Notes: generated from the letters alone by a model not told the origin. Shown: positions 8,478 to 19,102, counted from the stretch's first letter. The stretch: 64,000 nucleotides of DNA from Candidatus Marinacidobacterium sp. (GCA_965220965.1 OZ244852.1:1-64000); one strand, 5' to 3'. A program made the numbers and translations.

Positions 8478-10925
8478 TCACCGGGGACGCTCCTCCGGCA
8501 GGAACGGCCTGACCGTCAGGCGTCCCTCGGCGTCGATCTCCACGGTGATCGCGCCGTGGTGGTCGGTGCGGAGGAGCCGCGCCCCGCTTCCCGCGAGCCG
8601 CTCCATGACGCCGGCGTCGGGCAGCCGGCGCCGGGGGTCCTCGCGGGTCGAGACGATGGCGACCTCCGGGTCGACGGCTTCGAGGAACTCCGGCGTCGTC
8701 GCGGTGCGGCTGCCGTGGTGGCCCACCTTGAGGACATCGGCGCGGAGTCTTCCCGGGTAGCGGGCGAGCAGGACCTCCTCGGCTTCGGCGCCGGCGTCGC
8801 CGGTGAGGAGCAGCCGGCGTCCGGCGTACTCCACCATCAGCACCAGCGAGCGCTCGTTCCCGGCGTGCTCCGGCTCGACGATGGTCTCCCCGGCGAGCAG
8901 CACCTCGAACCGCGCTCCGCCGAACGCGAAGCGCTCGCCTTCGCTGAGCCGCCGGGGCCGTTCGAAGGCCTCCCGCGCCCGGCGGACCGCGGGCCGGTCG
9001 TCCTGGGCGAGCGCCGCGCTCTCCCACAGTTCGCCCGCCTCGATGTCCCTCAGGACGCCGTGGACGCCGCCGACGTGGTCCAGGTCGCCGTGCGTCGGGG
9101 CGACGGCGCGGAGCCGGGTGTGGCCGAGGTGGACCAGGAACGGCGTCACGACCTCCTCGCCGGCGCTCCACCCGGCGAAGGCGGTCCCGGCGTCCACCAG
9201 GACCGCGCCCCCGGCGGGCAGCTCGAGCACCAGCGCATCCCCCATCCCCACGTCCAGCGTCGTCAGTCGCAGGGTCCCGTCGGGCGCTGGCGCCTGTGGG
9301 AGCGCGACGACCGCCAGCAGGACGAGCGGAACCGCGGCCAGGAGGCGCCGCTGGCCGCGCCAGGCGAGCGCAAGGACGCCGACCCCGATCCAGAGCGCGA
9401 GCCAGCCGAGCCCGGGCGGATCCACCGGAACCGCCCCGAGCGGCAGGCCCGCGCCCCAGGCGCTCACTCCGATGAGGGCGCGGGTCACCGCCTCCAGCGG
9501 GAGGAGCTGGACAGTGTCCAGGCCGGGAACCCAGCCGAGCGCCAGCCACGCCAGGCCGAAGCCGAGCACCGGGGTGGCCAGCAGGGTGGCGGGGACCGCG
9601 ACCAGCACGCCGCCGATCACCACGCGCCCGAAATGCCACGCCACGACCGGGAACGTCGCGAGCTGCGCCGCGAGCGTCACCGTGACCGCTGACTCCGTCC
9701 ACCGCCGCCACCCCGGGGCGCGGTCCCAGGGCGTCTGGGCCGGGTCGCGCGGCCGGACGGCGGCCACGATCGCCAGCGTCGCCGCAAAGCTCAACTGGAA
9801 CCCGACATCGAGCGCGTTCCACGGCGACCAGGCGAGGAGCAGGATGGCGGCGAGGCCCAGCCCGTTCAGCGCCTCGCCGAAGAGACCCCGCCGGAGCGCG
9901 AACACCACGAACGCCGCCATCAGGACCGCCCGCACGACCGAGGGACGCCCGCCGCAGAGCGCGGCGTAGAGCGGGAGCGCAACGAGCAGCACCGCGAGCG
10001 CGGTCCGCCGGCGCATGCCGAGGAAGACCAGCGGCCAGTAGATCAGCGAGCCCACGATCCCCACGTGGAGTCCGCTCACCGCCATCACGTGCAGCGTCCC
10101 GGCGTCCCGGAACGCCCGCTCGACCTCGGATGTGACGAGCGTGCGGTCGCCCATGAGGACCGCGGCGAGCACCCCCCGGACATCGGGCTCGAGATCGGCG
10201 GCGCGAAGCCGGGCGCGGACGCGGGCCCGGAGGTCGCGGATCGCCCGCCAGAACCGCGGGGCCGGGCCGAGCTCCTCGACAAGCAGCCCGCTCTTCGTCG
10301 AGCCGAAGAGCGCGAGGGGGCCGCGGAACGCCCGTTCCCCGGGGTTCGAGGGCGGCGAGGGGAGCGAGACGCGGGCCCACACCCCGACCCGCGAGCCCCG
10401 CGCCAGCGTCGTCAGCCCGCTGCGGTCGCCGTCCACGCCCACCCTGGCGAGGCCGGGGGCCGCCCACGCCTCCCGGTTCGCGGCCAGCCGGTCCACCGCG
10501 AGGCGGAGAACCGTCTGGTTCCCGTCGTGCGCCGGTTCGTCGGCGAGGACCCCTTCGAGCCGGACCGGGCGTTCCAGCCGTCCCGGGCCGAGCGCGGCGG
10601 CGGCCGTCGCGAGCGGGGATGTGGAGGCCGGCGGCGGGCTCGCCAGCGCGCCGGCGAGGAACGCCGCGACCAGGACGAACGCGGTCCCTGCGGCGAGCGG
10701 CGACGCTCCGGTGGAGACGCCGCTGGCCGCGTCCCCGAAGCGGGCCGTCCGCCACGCGGCGACCAGCGCCCCGGCCGCGAGCAGCGCGCCGGCGACTCCG
10801 AGGGCCCACCCCGCTCCGGCGAGGGCGTCCCGGCCGGTCGCCGCGACCACGATCCCGAGCCAATGGACCGCCGCCAGCGCGAGCAGCGGAGCGCGGCCGA
10901 GGCCCCGGGAGATCGGGGTGGACAT
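8478..10925 (-). CDS. comEC: DNA internalization competence protein ComEC/Rec2
   Basis: Competence domain GTLHVMAVSGLHV, PSVVRA, GFQLSF. Metallo-beta-lactamase domain DVGMGDA, THGDLDHVGG, KVGHHGS. Confidence 0.93.
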   Translation of the reverse strand: MSTPISRGLGRAPLLALAAVHWLGIVVAATGRDALAGAGWALGVAGALLAAGALVAAWRTARFGDAASGVSTGASPLAAGTAFVLVAAFLAGALASPPPASTSPLATAAAALGPGRLERPVRLEGVLADEPAHDGNQTVLRLAVDRLAANREAWAAPGLARVGVDGDRSGLTTLARGSRVGVWARVSLPSPPSNPGERAFRGPLALFGSTKSGLLVEELGPAPRFWRAIRDLRARVRARLRAADLEPDVRGVLAAVLMGDRTLVTSEVERAFRDAGTLHVMAVSGLHVGIVGSLIYWPLVFLGMRRRTALAVLLVALPLYAALCGGRPSVVRAVLMAAFVVFALRRGLFGEALNGLGLAAILLLAWSPWNALDVGFQLSFAATLAIVAAVRPRDPAQTPWDRAPGWRRWTESAVTVTLAAQLATFPVVAWHFGRVVIGGVLVAVPATLLATPVLGFGLAWLALGWVPGLDTVQLLPLEAVTRALIGVSAWGAGLPLGAVPVDPPGLGWLALWIGVGVLALAWRGQRRLLAAVPLVLLAVVALPQAPAPDGTLRLTTLDVGMGDALVLELPAGGAVLVDAGTAFAGWSAGEEVVTPFLVHLGHTRLRAVAPTHGDLDHVGGVHGVLRDIEAGELWESAALAQDDRPAVRRAREAFERPRRLSEGERFAFGGARFEVLLAGETIVEPEHAGNERSLVLMVEYAGRRLLLTGDAGAEAEEVLLARYPGRLRADVLKVGHHGSRTATTPEFLEAVDPEVAIVSTREDPRRRLPDAGVMERLAGSGARLLRTDHHGAITVEIDAEGRLTVRPFLPEERPR

Positions 10926-10967
10926 GTCCGGTCCGGGCGCGGTCGGAGGGGGTCCCCCGCCGATGGA

Positions 10968-11705
10968 TTACCCGGCGGACACGAACGGCGGCAACCCGAG
11001 CTTCCGGGCGGCGCGCCGTCGGACGGCCTGACGGAAGGAGTGGCGATAGGTGGTGTCCGGCATGCGGCTCCGGTGGTCTTCGAGCGCCTCGGCCGCCTGG
11101 CGGCGGCATGCGTCGAGGACCGAGGGCGGCAGCGCCTTCGTCATGTCGTCGAGGAGATCCGACCAGGCGGCCTCGAGGTCGGGCGCCTTGTCAGTCCCCG
11201 GTTCGGCCGCGAGGGCCTCGAGCCGGGCGGCGGCGGTCTTCGCCGCCGCTTCCAGACGGGACGCGGTCTCCGGGTCCGCCCCAAGAGCCTCCGGCGCCCG
11301 GAAGGCGGCGAGGCGCGCCACCAGCTCGTGGACCGCGTCGCCCGGCCCGGACGCAGACTCCTCCGACGCGGGCGCCGGTCCGGACGTCGGCCCGGATGTC
11401 GGCCCGGTCGCGCCCGAGGGCGGGGCGTCTCCGAACGTTGCGGCGGTCCCGGCGACGCGCGCCTTCGCCGCCCGGAACTCCCGCTCCACCGCCGGGGCGC
11501 AGTGGCGAAGCGGGGTCCGGGGGGAGGGGCGGAGCCGCGCCGCCAGCGCGGTGCGGATCCCGGCGAGCGCGGCCTCGAGCGGCACGCCCTTCACCTCCCA
11601 GCCGTGCGCCAGCTCCCAGTCGGCGGGCGTCAGGAAAGGGTCTCCCCCCCGGTGGCGGGTGAACTCGCGCTCGACCGCGACGAGGTAGTCGCGGCCGTCG
11701 GTCAC
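10968..11705 (-). CDS. conserved hypothetical protein, N-terminal region DnaD/DnaB_2-like
   Basis: GTG at 11705 overlaps the birA stop. N-terminus DYLVAVEREFTRHRGGDPFLTPADWELAHGWEVKGVPLEAALAGI. The ORF-track extension to 12365 overlaps birA and is rejected. Confidence 0.7.
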   Translation of the reverse strand: MTDGRDYLVAVEREFTRHRGGDPFLTPADWELAHGWEVKGVPLEAALAGIRTALAARLRPSPRTPLRHCAPAVEREFRAAKARVAGTAATFGDAPPSGATGPTSGPTSGPAPASEESASGPGDAVHELVARLAAFRAPEALGADPETASRLEAAAKTAAARLEALAAEPGTDKAPDLEAAWSDLLDDMTKALPPSVLDACRRQAAEALEDHRSRMPDTTYRHSFRQAVRRRAARKLGLPPFVSAG

Positions 11706-12592
11706 GGCCCGGCGACCGACGCCGCGACGGCGGCGGGCTGGCGCGCCGGCCCGCGGTGTTCCAGCCGGAGCGCATCCACGGCGTGGACCACCGTCCTTCC
11801 GCCGCCGTCCATCGCCACCGCAATGCCGCCGCTCGGGTCGAGGCCGGCGGTCACGCCGTGGACGTCGCGGCCCTCGGCGAGCCGCGCCCGGCATCTCCAG
11901 CCGCGCGCCGTGGGGCTGAGGGCCTCCCAGCGGGCGCGAAGCCGGGCGGGATCCGCGCCCAGCAGCCGCGAGGTCGCCCGGAAGGCGCGCACCAGCCCGG
12001 CGGCGAGCTCGGCCCGGCCGACGTGGGCCCCGAGCGCCCCGGCCGGCGCCAGCGCCTCTTCTCCCACCGCGACCGGGGCGAGGTTCACCCCGAAGCCCAC
12101 GACCGCGACGCCCGGCCGGCCGGGAGCGAAGCCGGCCTCGGTGAGGATGCCCGCGACCTTCCGGCCGTCGAGGTCGAGGTCGTTGGGCCAGCGCAGGACG
12201 ACCGGGGAGTCCGTCACCTGGCGGATCGCCTCGGCGAGCGCCACCCCGGCGGCGATCGGGAGGAGGCCCAGCCGGGCCGGAACTCCGGACCCGTTCGATC
12301 CGTTGGCGTGGCGGAGCGGCTCGGTGAGCAGGCTCAGGTAGAGCCCGCCCCGCGGGGACATCCACTGGCGCCCGTGGCGGCCCCGGCCCCGCGTCTGCTC
12401 CTCGGCGATGAACACCCCGTCGGCGTCGCAGCGCCCCTCGGCGTCGAGCGCCGCGTTCCGCGCCAGGTCGTTCGTGGACTCGGCGGCGCGCCAGACGCCG
12501 ATGAAGGGCGGGGGGGCCGAGGCGGCCCGGGCGGCTTCGCGCACCGAGGCGGTGACCCGCTCGGCGAAGCCGGGGGCCCTTCCGCTCGGCAA
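11702..12592 (-). CDS. birA: biotin--[acetyl-CoA-carboxylase] ligase
   Basis: STND, AEEQTRGRGRHGRQW, RWPNDL, KVAGILTE, GFGVNL. No N-terminal HTH. Confidence 0.92.
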   Translation of the reverse strand: MPSGRAPGFAERVTASVREAARAASAPPPFIGVWRAAESTNDLARNAALDAEGRCDADGVFIAEEQTRGRGRHGRQWMSPRGGLYLSLLTEPLRHANGSNGSGVPARLGLLPIAAGVALAEAIRQVTDSPVVLRWPNDLDLDGRKVAGILTEAGFAPGRPGVAVVGFGVNLAPVAVGEEALAPAGALGAHVGRAELAAGLVRAFRATSRLLGADPARLRARWEALSPTARGWRCRARLAEGRDVHGVTAGLDPSGGIAVAMDGGGRTVVHAVDALRLEHRGPARQPAAVAASVAGP

Positions 12593-12599
12593 GGAAGCC

Positions 12600-13055
12600 T
12601 CAGGCGTCCGGCGCGGCGCGGCGGGCGGCGAGCCGGGTGGCGAGGGCGCGGGCGGACACCGAGGTCGGCGTATCCGGTCCGAACACCTGGGCGACGCCCA
12701 TCTCGAGCAGCGCCGGGATGTCCCGGTCCGGGATGACGCCCCCGACGAACACCGGGACGTCGGACAGCTCGCGCGCTTCGAGGCCCTCGAGGACGCGCTT
12801 CACGAGCGTGAGGTGCGCTCCGGAGAGCACCGAGATCCCGACCGCCTCCACGTCCTCCTGAAGCGCGGCCTCGGCGATCTCCTCGGGGCTGCGACGGAGC
12901 CCGGTGTAGATCACCTCGAACCCGGCGTCGCGCAGCGCGCGGGCCACCACCAGCGCCCCCCGGTCGTGGCCGTCGAGCCCGGGCTTCGCCATGAGGACCC
13001 GGTACGGCGGGTTCGCAGCGAGGGGAACGGCGTCCGGGCCGGGAGGCGGGGTCAC
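12600..13055 (-). CDS. stand-alone cobalamin-binding domain protein (acyl-CoA mutase small subunit)
   Basis: GTG at 13055 overlaps the icmF stop. [26 protein letters not shown]. Confidence 0.9.
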   Translation of the reverse strand: MTPPPGPDAVPLAANPPYRVLMAKPGLDGHDRGALVVARALRDAGFEVIYTGLRRSPEEIAEAALQEDVEAVGISVLSGAHLTLVKRVLEGLEARELSDVPVFVGGVIPDRDIPALLEMGVAQVFGPDTPTSVSARALATRLAARRAAPDA

Positions 13056-16000
13056 ATCGAGCGGCGGTAGCGGCCGCCGACCTCGTAGAGCGCTTCGGTG
13101 ATCTGGCCGAGGCTCGCCACCCGGACCGTCTCCATGAGTTCGGCGAACACGTTCCCGCCGGAGCGCGCCACCTCCTGGAGCCGCTCGAGAGCGGCGGGGG
13201 CCTTCGCGGCGTGGCGCTCCCGGAAGGCTTCGACCCGCCGGACCTGGTCCTCCTTCTCGTCGCCGCTGGCCCGCGCGAGCGGCACCGCCGCCGGGGTCTC
13301 CCCCCCGTCCTCGGCGAGGAAGGTGTTCACCCCCATGATCGGGATCTCGCCCGAGTGCTTCTTCATCTCGTACTGGAGCGACTCTTCCTGGATGCGGTTC
13401 CGCTGGTACTGACGCTCCATCGCGCCCAGCACCCCGCCGCGGGCGTGGAGGCGGTCGAACTCCTGGAGAACGGCTTCCTCGACGAGGTCGGTCAGCTCGC
13501 GGACGATGAACGACCCGGACAGCGGGTTCTCGTTCCAGGTGTTGCCGAACTCCTGGGTGATGATCTTCTGGATCGCGACCGCGCGCCGCACCGACTCCTC
13601 GGTGGGGGTGGTGATCGCCTCGTCGTAGGCGTTCGTGTGGAGCGAGTTGGCGTTGTCGCTGGTGGCGGTGAGCGCCTGGAGCGTCGTCCGGATGTCGTTG
13701 AACTGGACTTCCTGGGCGTGGAGCGAGCGTCCCGAGGTCTGGATGTGGACCTTGAACTTCTGGGCCCGCTCGGAGGCGCCGTAGCGCAGCTTCATGGCGC
13801 GCGCCCAGATGCGGCGCGCCACCCGGCACAGCACCGAGTACTCGGGGTCCAGCCCGTTCGAGAAGAAGAAGGACAGGTTCGGCGCGAAGTCGTCCACCGG
13901 GAGCCCGCGCGCCAGGTAGTACTCGACGTAGGTGAACCCGTTCGCCAGCGTGAACGCGAGTTGGGTCACCGGCCACGCCCCGGCCTCGGCGATGTGGTAG
14001 CCCGAGATCGACGCCGAATAGAAGTTCCGGACCTTTTCGGCGATGAAGAACTCCTGGACATCGCCCATGAGCCGCAGCGCGAAGGCGGTCGAGAAGATGC
14101 AGGTGTTCTGGGCCTGGTCCTCCTTCAGGATGTCGGCCTGGGTCGTCCCGCGCACCGTCTTCAGCGTCCGCGCGCGGATCGCGGCGGCCTCCTCGGGCGA
14201 CGGGGTCCGGCCCTCTTCTTCCTCGAAGCGCGCCAGTTCCTGGCGGATCGCGGTGTTCAGGAACATCGCGAGGATCGCCGGGGCCGGCCCGTTGATCGTC
14301 ATCGAGACGCTCGTCGAGGGGTCGGCCAGCCGGAACCCGCGGAAGAGCTCCTCCATGTCCTCCACGGTGGCGATCGAGACGCCGCCCTCGCCGATCTTCC
14401 CGAAGATGTCCGGGCGGCGCGCCGGGTCCTCGCCGTAGAGCGTCACCGAGTCGAACGCCACCGAGAGACGGGTCGCGTCCTCGCCCTCTGCGAGCAAATG
14501 GAAGCGGCGGTTCGTCCGGGCGGGGCCGCCCTCGCCGGCGAACTGGCGCCTCGGCGTCTCCTCCGGCCGGCGGAACGCGAACGTTCCGGCGGTGAACGGG
14601 TAGCGGCCGGGGAGGTTCTCGTCGAGGAGGAACCGCAGGGTGTCGGCCTTCCCGGCGAACGCCGGGAGAGCCACCCGCGGCACCGACGTGCCGGAGAGGG
14701 ATGTCCGGTGGGTCTCCACCTCGCGCATCCGCCCGCGCACCGGATACGTCGTCTTGGGCGCCCGGTAGGCGGCGTCCACCGCCTCCCAGTCTTCGAGGAG
14801 CGCCCGGGTCGCCGGGTCGAGCTCGTCGCGGGCCGACTCAGCGCGGACCTCGACGGTCCGGATCGCGTCCGCCGGCGCCTTGGTCCCCCGCAGATCCGAG
14901 GCGGCGGCTTCGAGGTGTTCGGCGCGCGCGGCGCGGCGAACCTCGGCTTCGATCCGCTCGCGCTCGCTCCGGAGCGTCCCGGCGATCTCGGCCAGATAGC
15001 CGGCCCGCGCCGCCGGGATCAGGCGGGTCCCGGAGGCGGCGTCGAAGTCGGCGACCAGCGCGCCGTCCGAAGGAGCGGCGTCGGCCCCCGTCCCGCCGCC
15101 CGCCGAGCCGGCAAGCGCCTTCACCAGCGCGGCGTAGAGCTCGTCGGTTCCCGGGTCGGCGAAGCGGCTCGCCACCGTGGGGAACACCGGGACGGCGGCC
15201 GCGCGCGGGAGTTTGCGGGCGCGGCGGAAGGCCCGCCGCACTGCGAACAGCGCGTCCTCGGCGCCGGCGTGATCCGCCTTGTTCACCGCCACCGCGGCGG
15301 CGAGATCCAGCATGTCGATCTTCTCGAGCTGGCTCTCCGAGCCGTAGTCGGCGGTCATCACGTAGAGCGGGACGGTGCTCACATCGACCACCGAGGAGCC
15401 GCCCTGACCGATGCCGCTGGTCTCGACGATCACCAGCCCGAACCCGGCGGCGCGGAGCACGAGGATGGCGTCCTGGACCGCGGCGGTGAGCTCGGTTCCG
15501 GAGCCCCGGGTGGCGAGGCTGCGGACGAACACCCCGGCTCCGCTCGCGGCGTTCAGGCGGATCCGGTCGCCGAGGAGCGCGCCGCCGGTGCGCCGCCGGG
15601 TGGGGTCGACCGCCAGGACGCCGATGCGGTTCAGCGGGCCGGCGTCCTTGCGGAGGACCGGGCGCCGCGACCGGAAGCGGTGGAGGAGTTCATCGACCAG
15701 CGAGCTCTTTCCAGCGCCGCCGGTTCCGGTCACGCCGAGAACCGGCGCTTCGGTGAGCCCGCGTCCCGGGACAAGGCCGGCGAGCGCCGCGCGCTCCTCC
15801 GGCGTGAACCCGGGCGCTTCGGCCCGCCCGAGGAGCGCGGAGACAGTGGCCGCGGGCGGCGGACCGTCCGCCGCGAGCGCGGCGACGAGCCCTTCGAAGG
15901 AGACCGCTTCCCGGGCCCGGCGGGCGCGGGCGGCGTCCTCGATCATGTCGCGGACGACGCCCTCGATCCCGAGCGCCCCGCCGTCCTCGGGGGAGTAGAT

Positions 16001-16399
16001 GCGCGCGACGCCGTAGTCGTGGAGCGCCGCCGCCTCCTCCGGACGGATCACCCCGCCGCCGCCGCCGAAGACCCGGACATCGCCCCGCCCGGCGTCGCGC
16101 AGGAGGTCCAGCAGGTAGCGGAAGAACTCGTTGTGCCCTCCCTGGTAGGAGGACACCGCCACCGCGTCGGCGTCCTCCTCGACGGCCGCGGCGGCGATCT
16201 CGGCCGCGCCCCGGTTGTGTCCGAGGTGGATGACCTCCGCGCCCTCCGCCTGGAGCACGCGCCGGAAGACGTGGATCGAGGCGTCGTGCCCGTCGAAGAG
16301 CGCGGTCGCGGTGATGAACCGGAGGGGAACCGGTCCCGCGGCGAGCGCGTCCGCGGCGGCCGCTTCGGCCCCGGAGGCGAGCGCGGCGACGCCGTTCAC
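13052..16399 (-). CDS. icmF: fused isobutyryl-CoA mutase/G-protein chaperone IcmF
   Basis: N-terminal B12 domain FDGHDAS, MeaB-like GTPase GTGGAGKSS / [10 protein letters not shown] / ETSGIGQ / NKAD, mutase barrel [30 protein letters not shown]. Confidence 0.93.
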   Translation of the reverse strand: MNGVAALASGAEAAAADALAAGPVPLRFITATALFDGHDASIHVFRRVLQAEGAEVIHLGHNRGAAEIAAAAVEEDADAVAVSSYQGGHNEFFRYLLDLLRDAGRGDVRVFGGGGGVIRPEEAAALHDYGVARIYSPEDGGALGIEGVVRDMIEDAARARRAREAVSFEGLVAALAADGPPPAATVSALLGRAEAPGFTPEERAALAGLVPGRGLTEAPVLGVTGTGGAGKSSLVDELLHRFRSRRPVLRKDAGPLNRIGVLAVDPTRRRTGGALLGDRIRLNAASGAGVFVRSLATRGSGTELTAAVQDAILVLRAAGFGLVIVETSGIGQGGSSVVDVSTVPLYVMTADYGSESQLEKIDMLDLAAAVAVNKADHAGAEDALFAVRRAFRRARKLPRAAAVPVFPTVASRFADPGTDELYAALVKALAGSAGGGTGADAAPSDGALVADFDAASGTRLIPAARAGYLAEIAGTLRSERERIEAEVRRAARAEHLEAAASDLRGTKAPADAIRTVEVRAESARDELDPATRALLEDWEAVDAAYRAPKTTYPVRGRMREVETHRTSLSGTSVPRVALPAFAGKADTLRFLLDENLPGRYPFTAGTFAFRRPEETPRRQFAGEGGPARTNRRFHLLAEGEDATRLSVAFDSVTLYGEDPARRPDIFGKIGEGGVSIATVEDMEELFRGFRLADPSTSVSMTINGPAPAILAMFLNTAIRQELARFEEEEGRTPSPEEAAAIRARTLKTVRGTTQADILKEDQAQNTCIFSTAFALRLMGDVQEFFIAEKVRNFYSASISGYHIAEAGAWPVTQLAFTLANGFTYVEYYLARGLPVDDFAPNLSFFFSNGLDPEYSVLCRVARRIWARAMKLRYGASERAQKFKVHIQTSGRSLHAQEVQFNDIRTTLQALTATSDNANSLHTNAYDEAITTPTEESVRRAVAIQKIITQEFGNTWNENPLSGSFIVRELTDLVEEAVLQEFDRLHARGGVLGAMERQYQRNRIQEESLQYEMKKHSGEIPIMGVNTFLAEDGGETPAAVPLARASGDEKEDQVRRVEAFRERHAAKAPAALERLQEVARSGGNVFAELMETVRVASLGQITEALYEVGGRYRRSM

Positions 16400-16476
16400 C
16401 GGTCCTGTCCTCCCGGAGCGACCCGTCGTCGCCCGCCGCCGAGCTGCGTCATTGGGCTACCCCCGCCCCGTAGTCT

Positions 16477-16923
16477 TCAGGAGTCGGGTTCGTTCCCCAT
16501 GGCCGCGAGCGGCGCGCGGCCGAGGTCGTCCGCGCTGGAGCGAAGGTCTCCTCCCGGCTGCGCCCCCCGGGGGAACATCTCGGTGATCGACGCGCCCCCG
16601 GCGCCGGCGCCGGACTCCCGGCGCCGTTCGGCGTCCTCGTTCAGCCGGGTGCGGAGCAGCTTCCCGGCGCGGAAGAACGCCACCTGCTTCGGGGGCACCT
16701 GGACGCGTTCTCCGGTGCGCGGGTTCCGGGTGGCGCGGGCGTTCCGGCGTCGCAGCCGGAAGCTCCCGAATCCCCGGATCTCGACCTCGTCGCCTTCGCA
16801 GAGCGCCTCGCGGATCGAGTCGAAGACGGTGTCCACGACCATGTCCGCTTCCCGGCGGGTGACGCCGGTGCTGCGCACCACCTCCTCGGCGAGGCGGGCG
16901 CGGGTGACGGTCCTTCCCGTCAC
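16477..16923 (-). CDS. HU/IHF family DNA-binding protein (IHF-beta-like) with C-terminal extension
   Basis: VEIRGFGSF, RNPRTGE, FRAGK. Coupled to rpsA as in rpsA-ihfB operons. Confidence 0.88.
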   Translation of the reverse strand: MTGRTVTRARLAEEVVRSTGVTRREADMVVDTVFDSIREALCEGDEVEIRGFGSFRLRRRNARATRNPRTGERVQVPPKQVAFFRAGKLLRTRLNEDAERRRESGAGAGGASITEMFPRGAQPGGDLRSSADDLGRAPLAAMGNEPDS

Positions 16924-18860
16924 CGCTTCCAGATGTCGCCGATCTTGACCGACGGCGTCGAGTCGGTGCTGACCGTGTAGGGCTCGTCCGCCGCCTTGAG
17001 CGACAGCCCGACCTTCCGGTCGTCACGACTCAGCCGGACGATGCGCAGACGCAGCGGCTGCCCCAGATGGAGGGCGTCCTCGGCCTTCGACGGCGGCGGC
17101 TCGGCGATGTCGTTCAGCCGCAACAGGCCCTCGATGTTCTCCTCGATCTGGACGAAGGCGCCGAAGTCCGCGAACCGCACCACGGTCGCGTCCACCAGGT
17201 CGCCTTCCTGGTGCCGGGTGAAGAACCCCTCCCAGGCGTCGTCGTTGAGCTGCTTGAGGCCGAGGGAGAGCCGGCGGTTCCCGGAGTCCACGTTCAGGAC
17301 GACGGTCTCGACTTCCTGGGCGAGCTTCAGGACCTCGCTCGGATGGTTGATCCGCTTGTTCCAGCTCAGGTCGGAGATGTGGATCAGGCCGTCGATCGCG
17401 CTGTCGACCTCGATGAACGCGCCGAAGTCGGTGAACTTGCGCACCGTGCCGTTCAGCCGCGTCCCGATCGGGTAGCGCTGCTCCAGGTCCTTCCACGGGT
17501 TCGGCTCGACCTGCTTCAGGCCCAGGCTGATCCGCCGGGCCTTGAAGTCCACCCGCAGCACCATCGCCTCCACGAAGTCGCCCTTGTTGAGGATCTTCGA
17601 GGGGTGCTTGGTGCGGCTGCTCCAGCTCATCTCGCTGACGTGGATCAGGCCCTCGATCCCGGGCTCCATCTCGATGAACGCGCCGTAGTCGGTGAGGCTC
17701 ACGACCTTGCCGCGGATCCGCGTGTTCACCTGGTAGCGCTCGCGCGCGGTGGTCCAGGGGTCCACGTTGAGCTGCTTGTAGCCGAGCGAGACGCGCTCGG
17801 CCTCGGCGTCGAACCGGAGGATCACGACCTCGATCTGGTCGCCGACATTCATGATCTCCGACGGGTGCTCGAGGCGCCGGAAGGACATCTCCCGGATGTG
17901 GAGCAGGCCGCAGATGCCGCCGATGTCCACGAACGCGCCGTACTCGGTGAGATCGCGGACCTCCCCGCGGAAGACGCGCCCGACCTCGAGGGCGGCCAGC
18001 GTCTTGGTCTTCTCCTCCTCGAGGACGACCCGCCGGGAGAGCACGATGTTGCCCCGGCGCTTGTTCAGCTTGATGACCCGCAGCTCGAGCTCGCGGCCCT
18101 TGTAGCTGCCGAGGTTGCGCACCGGGCGGAGATCCACCTGCGAGCCGGGGAGGAACCCGCGCACGCCGATCTCGCCGATGTCGACCTCGAGGCCGCCGCG
18201 GATCCGCTCCACGACCCGGCCCCGGACCGGGATCTGCTTCTCGAAGGCGTCCTCGATCTGGCTCCAGACCTTCATCTTCTCGGCCTTGCGGTGCGAGAGG
18301 ATGAGATGGCCGCGGCGGTTGTCGGCGCGCTGCACGAGCACGTCGATGGCGTCGCCGGGCTGCACCCGGACGTTGCCCTCGACATCGCGGAACTCGTCGA
18401 CCGAGAGGATCCCTTCGGACTTGTAGCCGACGTCCACGATGACATCGGACTCCGTCATGTGGAGGATGGTCCCGGTGACGATGTCGCCCTCGGCGAGCTG
18501 CGCGTCGTAGCGGTCGAGGAAGGCCTCGAACTCCGCCCGCGCCTCCTCGGCGTCGTCGGCGCCGTTCGTCGCCTCCGCCGGCGCCTGGCCGTTCGTCTCG
18601 TCGGCGGCGGCCTGGCCGTTGGTCTCGGCGGCGGCCTGGCCGTTCGTCGCGGCTTCGGCCTCCTGGCCGTTCGTCGCAGCTTCGGGCGCTTCGGGGGCGG
18701 CGGCGTCCGCCTCCTCCGCAGCGACCGGCGTCGCCGCCTCCTCGCCTTCGGGAGCCGCTTCGGCTCCGTCCTCGGCCGGCGGCAGCGCCGCCTCGGCCAG
18801 CTCCTCGCCCGCCGCCGGGGTGGCGGCCGCGTCGTCGATTTCGGGCATACCCTCTCTCAT
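16920..18860 (-). CDS. rpsA: 30S ribosomal protein S1 with acidic low-complexity N-terminal extension
   Basis: Six S1 repeats (VDVGYKSEG, FLPGSQVD, YGAFVDIGG..GLLHI, YGAFIE..GLIHVSEMSW and others). Confidence 0.96.
   Translation of the reverse strand: MREGMPEIDDAAATPAAGEELAEAALPPAEDGAEAAPEGEEAATPVAAEEADAAAPEAPEAATNGQEAEAATNGQAAAETNGQAAADETNGQAPAEATNGADDAEEARAEFEAFLDRYDAQLAEGDIVTGTILHMTESDVIVDVGYKSEGILSVDEFRDVEGNVRVQPGDAIDVLVQRADNRRGHLILSHRKAEKMKVWSQIEDAFEKQIPVRGRVVERIRGGLEVDIGEIGVRGFLPGSQVDLRPVRNLGSYKGRELELRVIKLNKRRGNIVLSRRVVLEEEKTKTLAALEVGRVFRGEVRDLTEYGAFVDIGGICGLLHIREMSFRRLEHPSEIMNVGDQIEVVILRFDAEAERVSLGYKQLNVDPWTTARERYQVNTRIRGKVVSLTDYGAFIEMEPGIEGLIHVSEMSWSSRTKHPSKILNKGDFVEAMVLRVDFKARRISLGLKQVEPNPWKDLEQRYPIGTRLNGTVRKFTDFGAFIEVDSAIDGLIHISDLSWNKRINHPSEVLKLAQEVETVVLNVDSGNRRLSLGLKQLNDDAWEGFFTRHQEGDLVDATVVRFADFGAFVQIEENIEGLLRLNDIAEPPPSKAEDALHLGQPLRLRIVRLSRDDRKVGLSLKAADEPYTVSTDSTPSVKIGDIWKR
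18561..18683 (-). repeat. in-frame degenerate tandem repeat encoding five TNG(Q)-centred units in the S1 N-terminus
   Basis: EAATNGQEAEAATNGQAAAETNGQAAADETNGQAPAEATNG, with 24-27-bp units. Confidence 0.85.
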
Positions 18861-19038
18861 GGATTCTCTGGGGAAAACCTCGTGGAAACGGGGGAACGGC
18901 CGCGGAAGCGGTCAGCCGCCGGTCGGCGGCGCCGCGGGGTCCGCGGCCCGGACCCCTCTATCCCCCGGGACGGCTCTCCGGTCGCATCCCGCGACAGGCC
19001 GGGTCGGCCCGTGCCGTCGAACCACAGGGGAACGCGCA

Positions 19039-19047
19039 ATGGTAGCA
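19039..19047 (-). promoter_or_regulatory. extended -10 promoter (TGCTACCAT) upstream of rpsA, giving a ~170-nt leader
   Basis: TGnTAnnnT match on the minus strand in the intergenic region. Confidence 0.55.
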
Positions 19048-19102
19048 GTCCTCCCCGGGAAGGCTGCGCCGGCGAAGCCGACCGGCCCGCCGGGGACGCC
19101 CG

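Noticed and set aside
13211-16948. 1245-aa plus-strand ORF (likewise 3427-5541, 10065-12341, 17067-19349, 34140-36233)
   Set aside because: Antisense shadows of well-supported genes on the other strand
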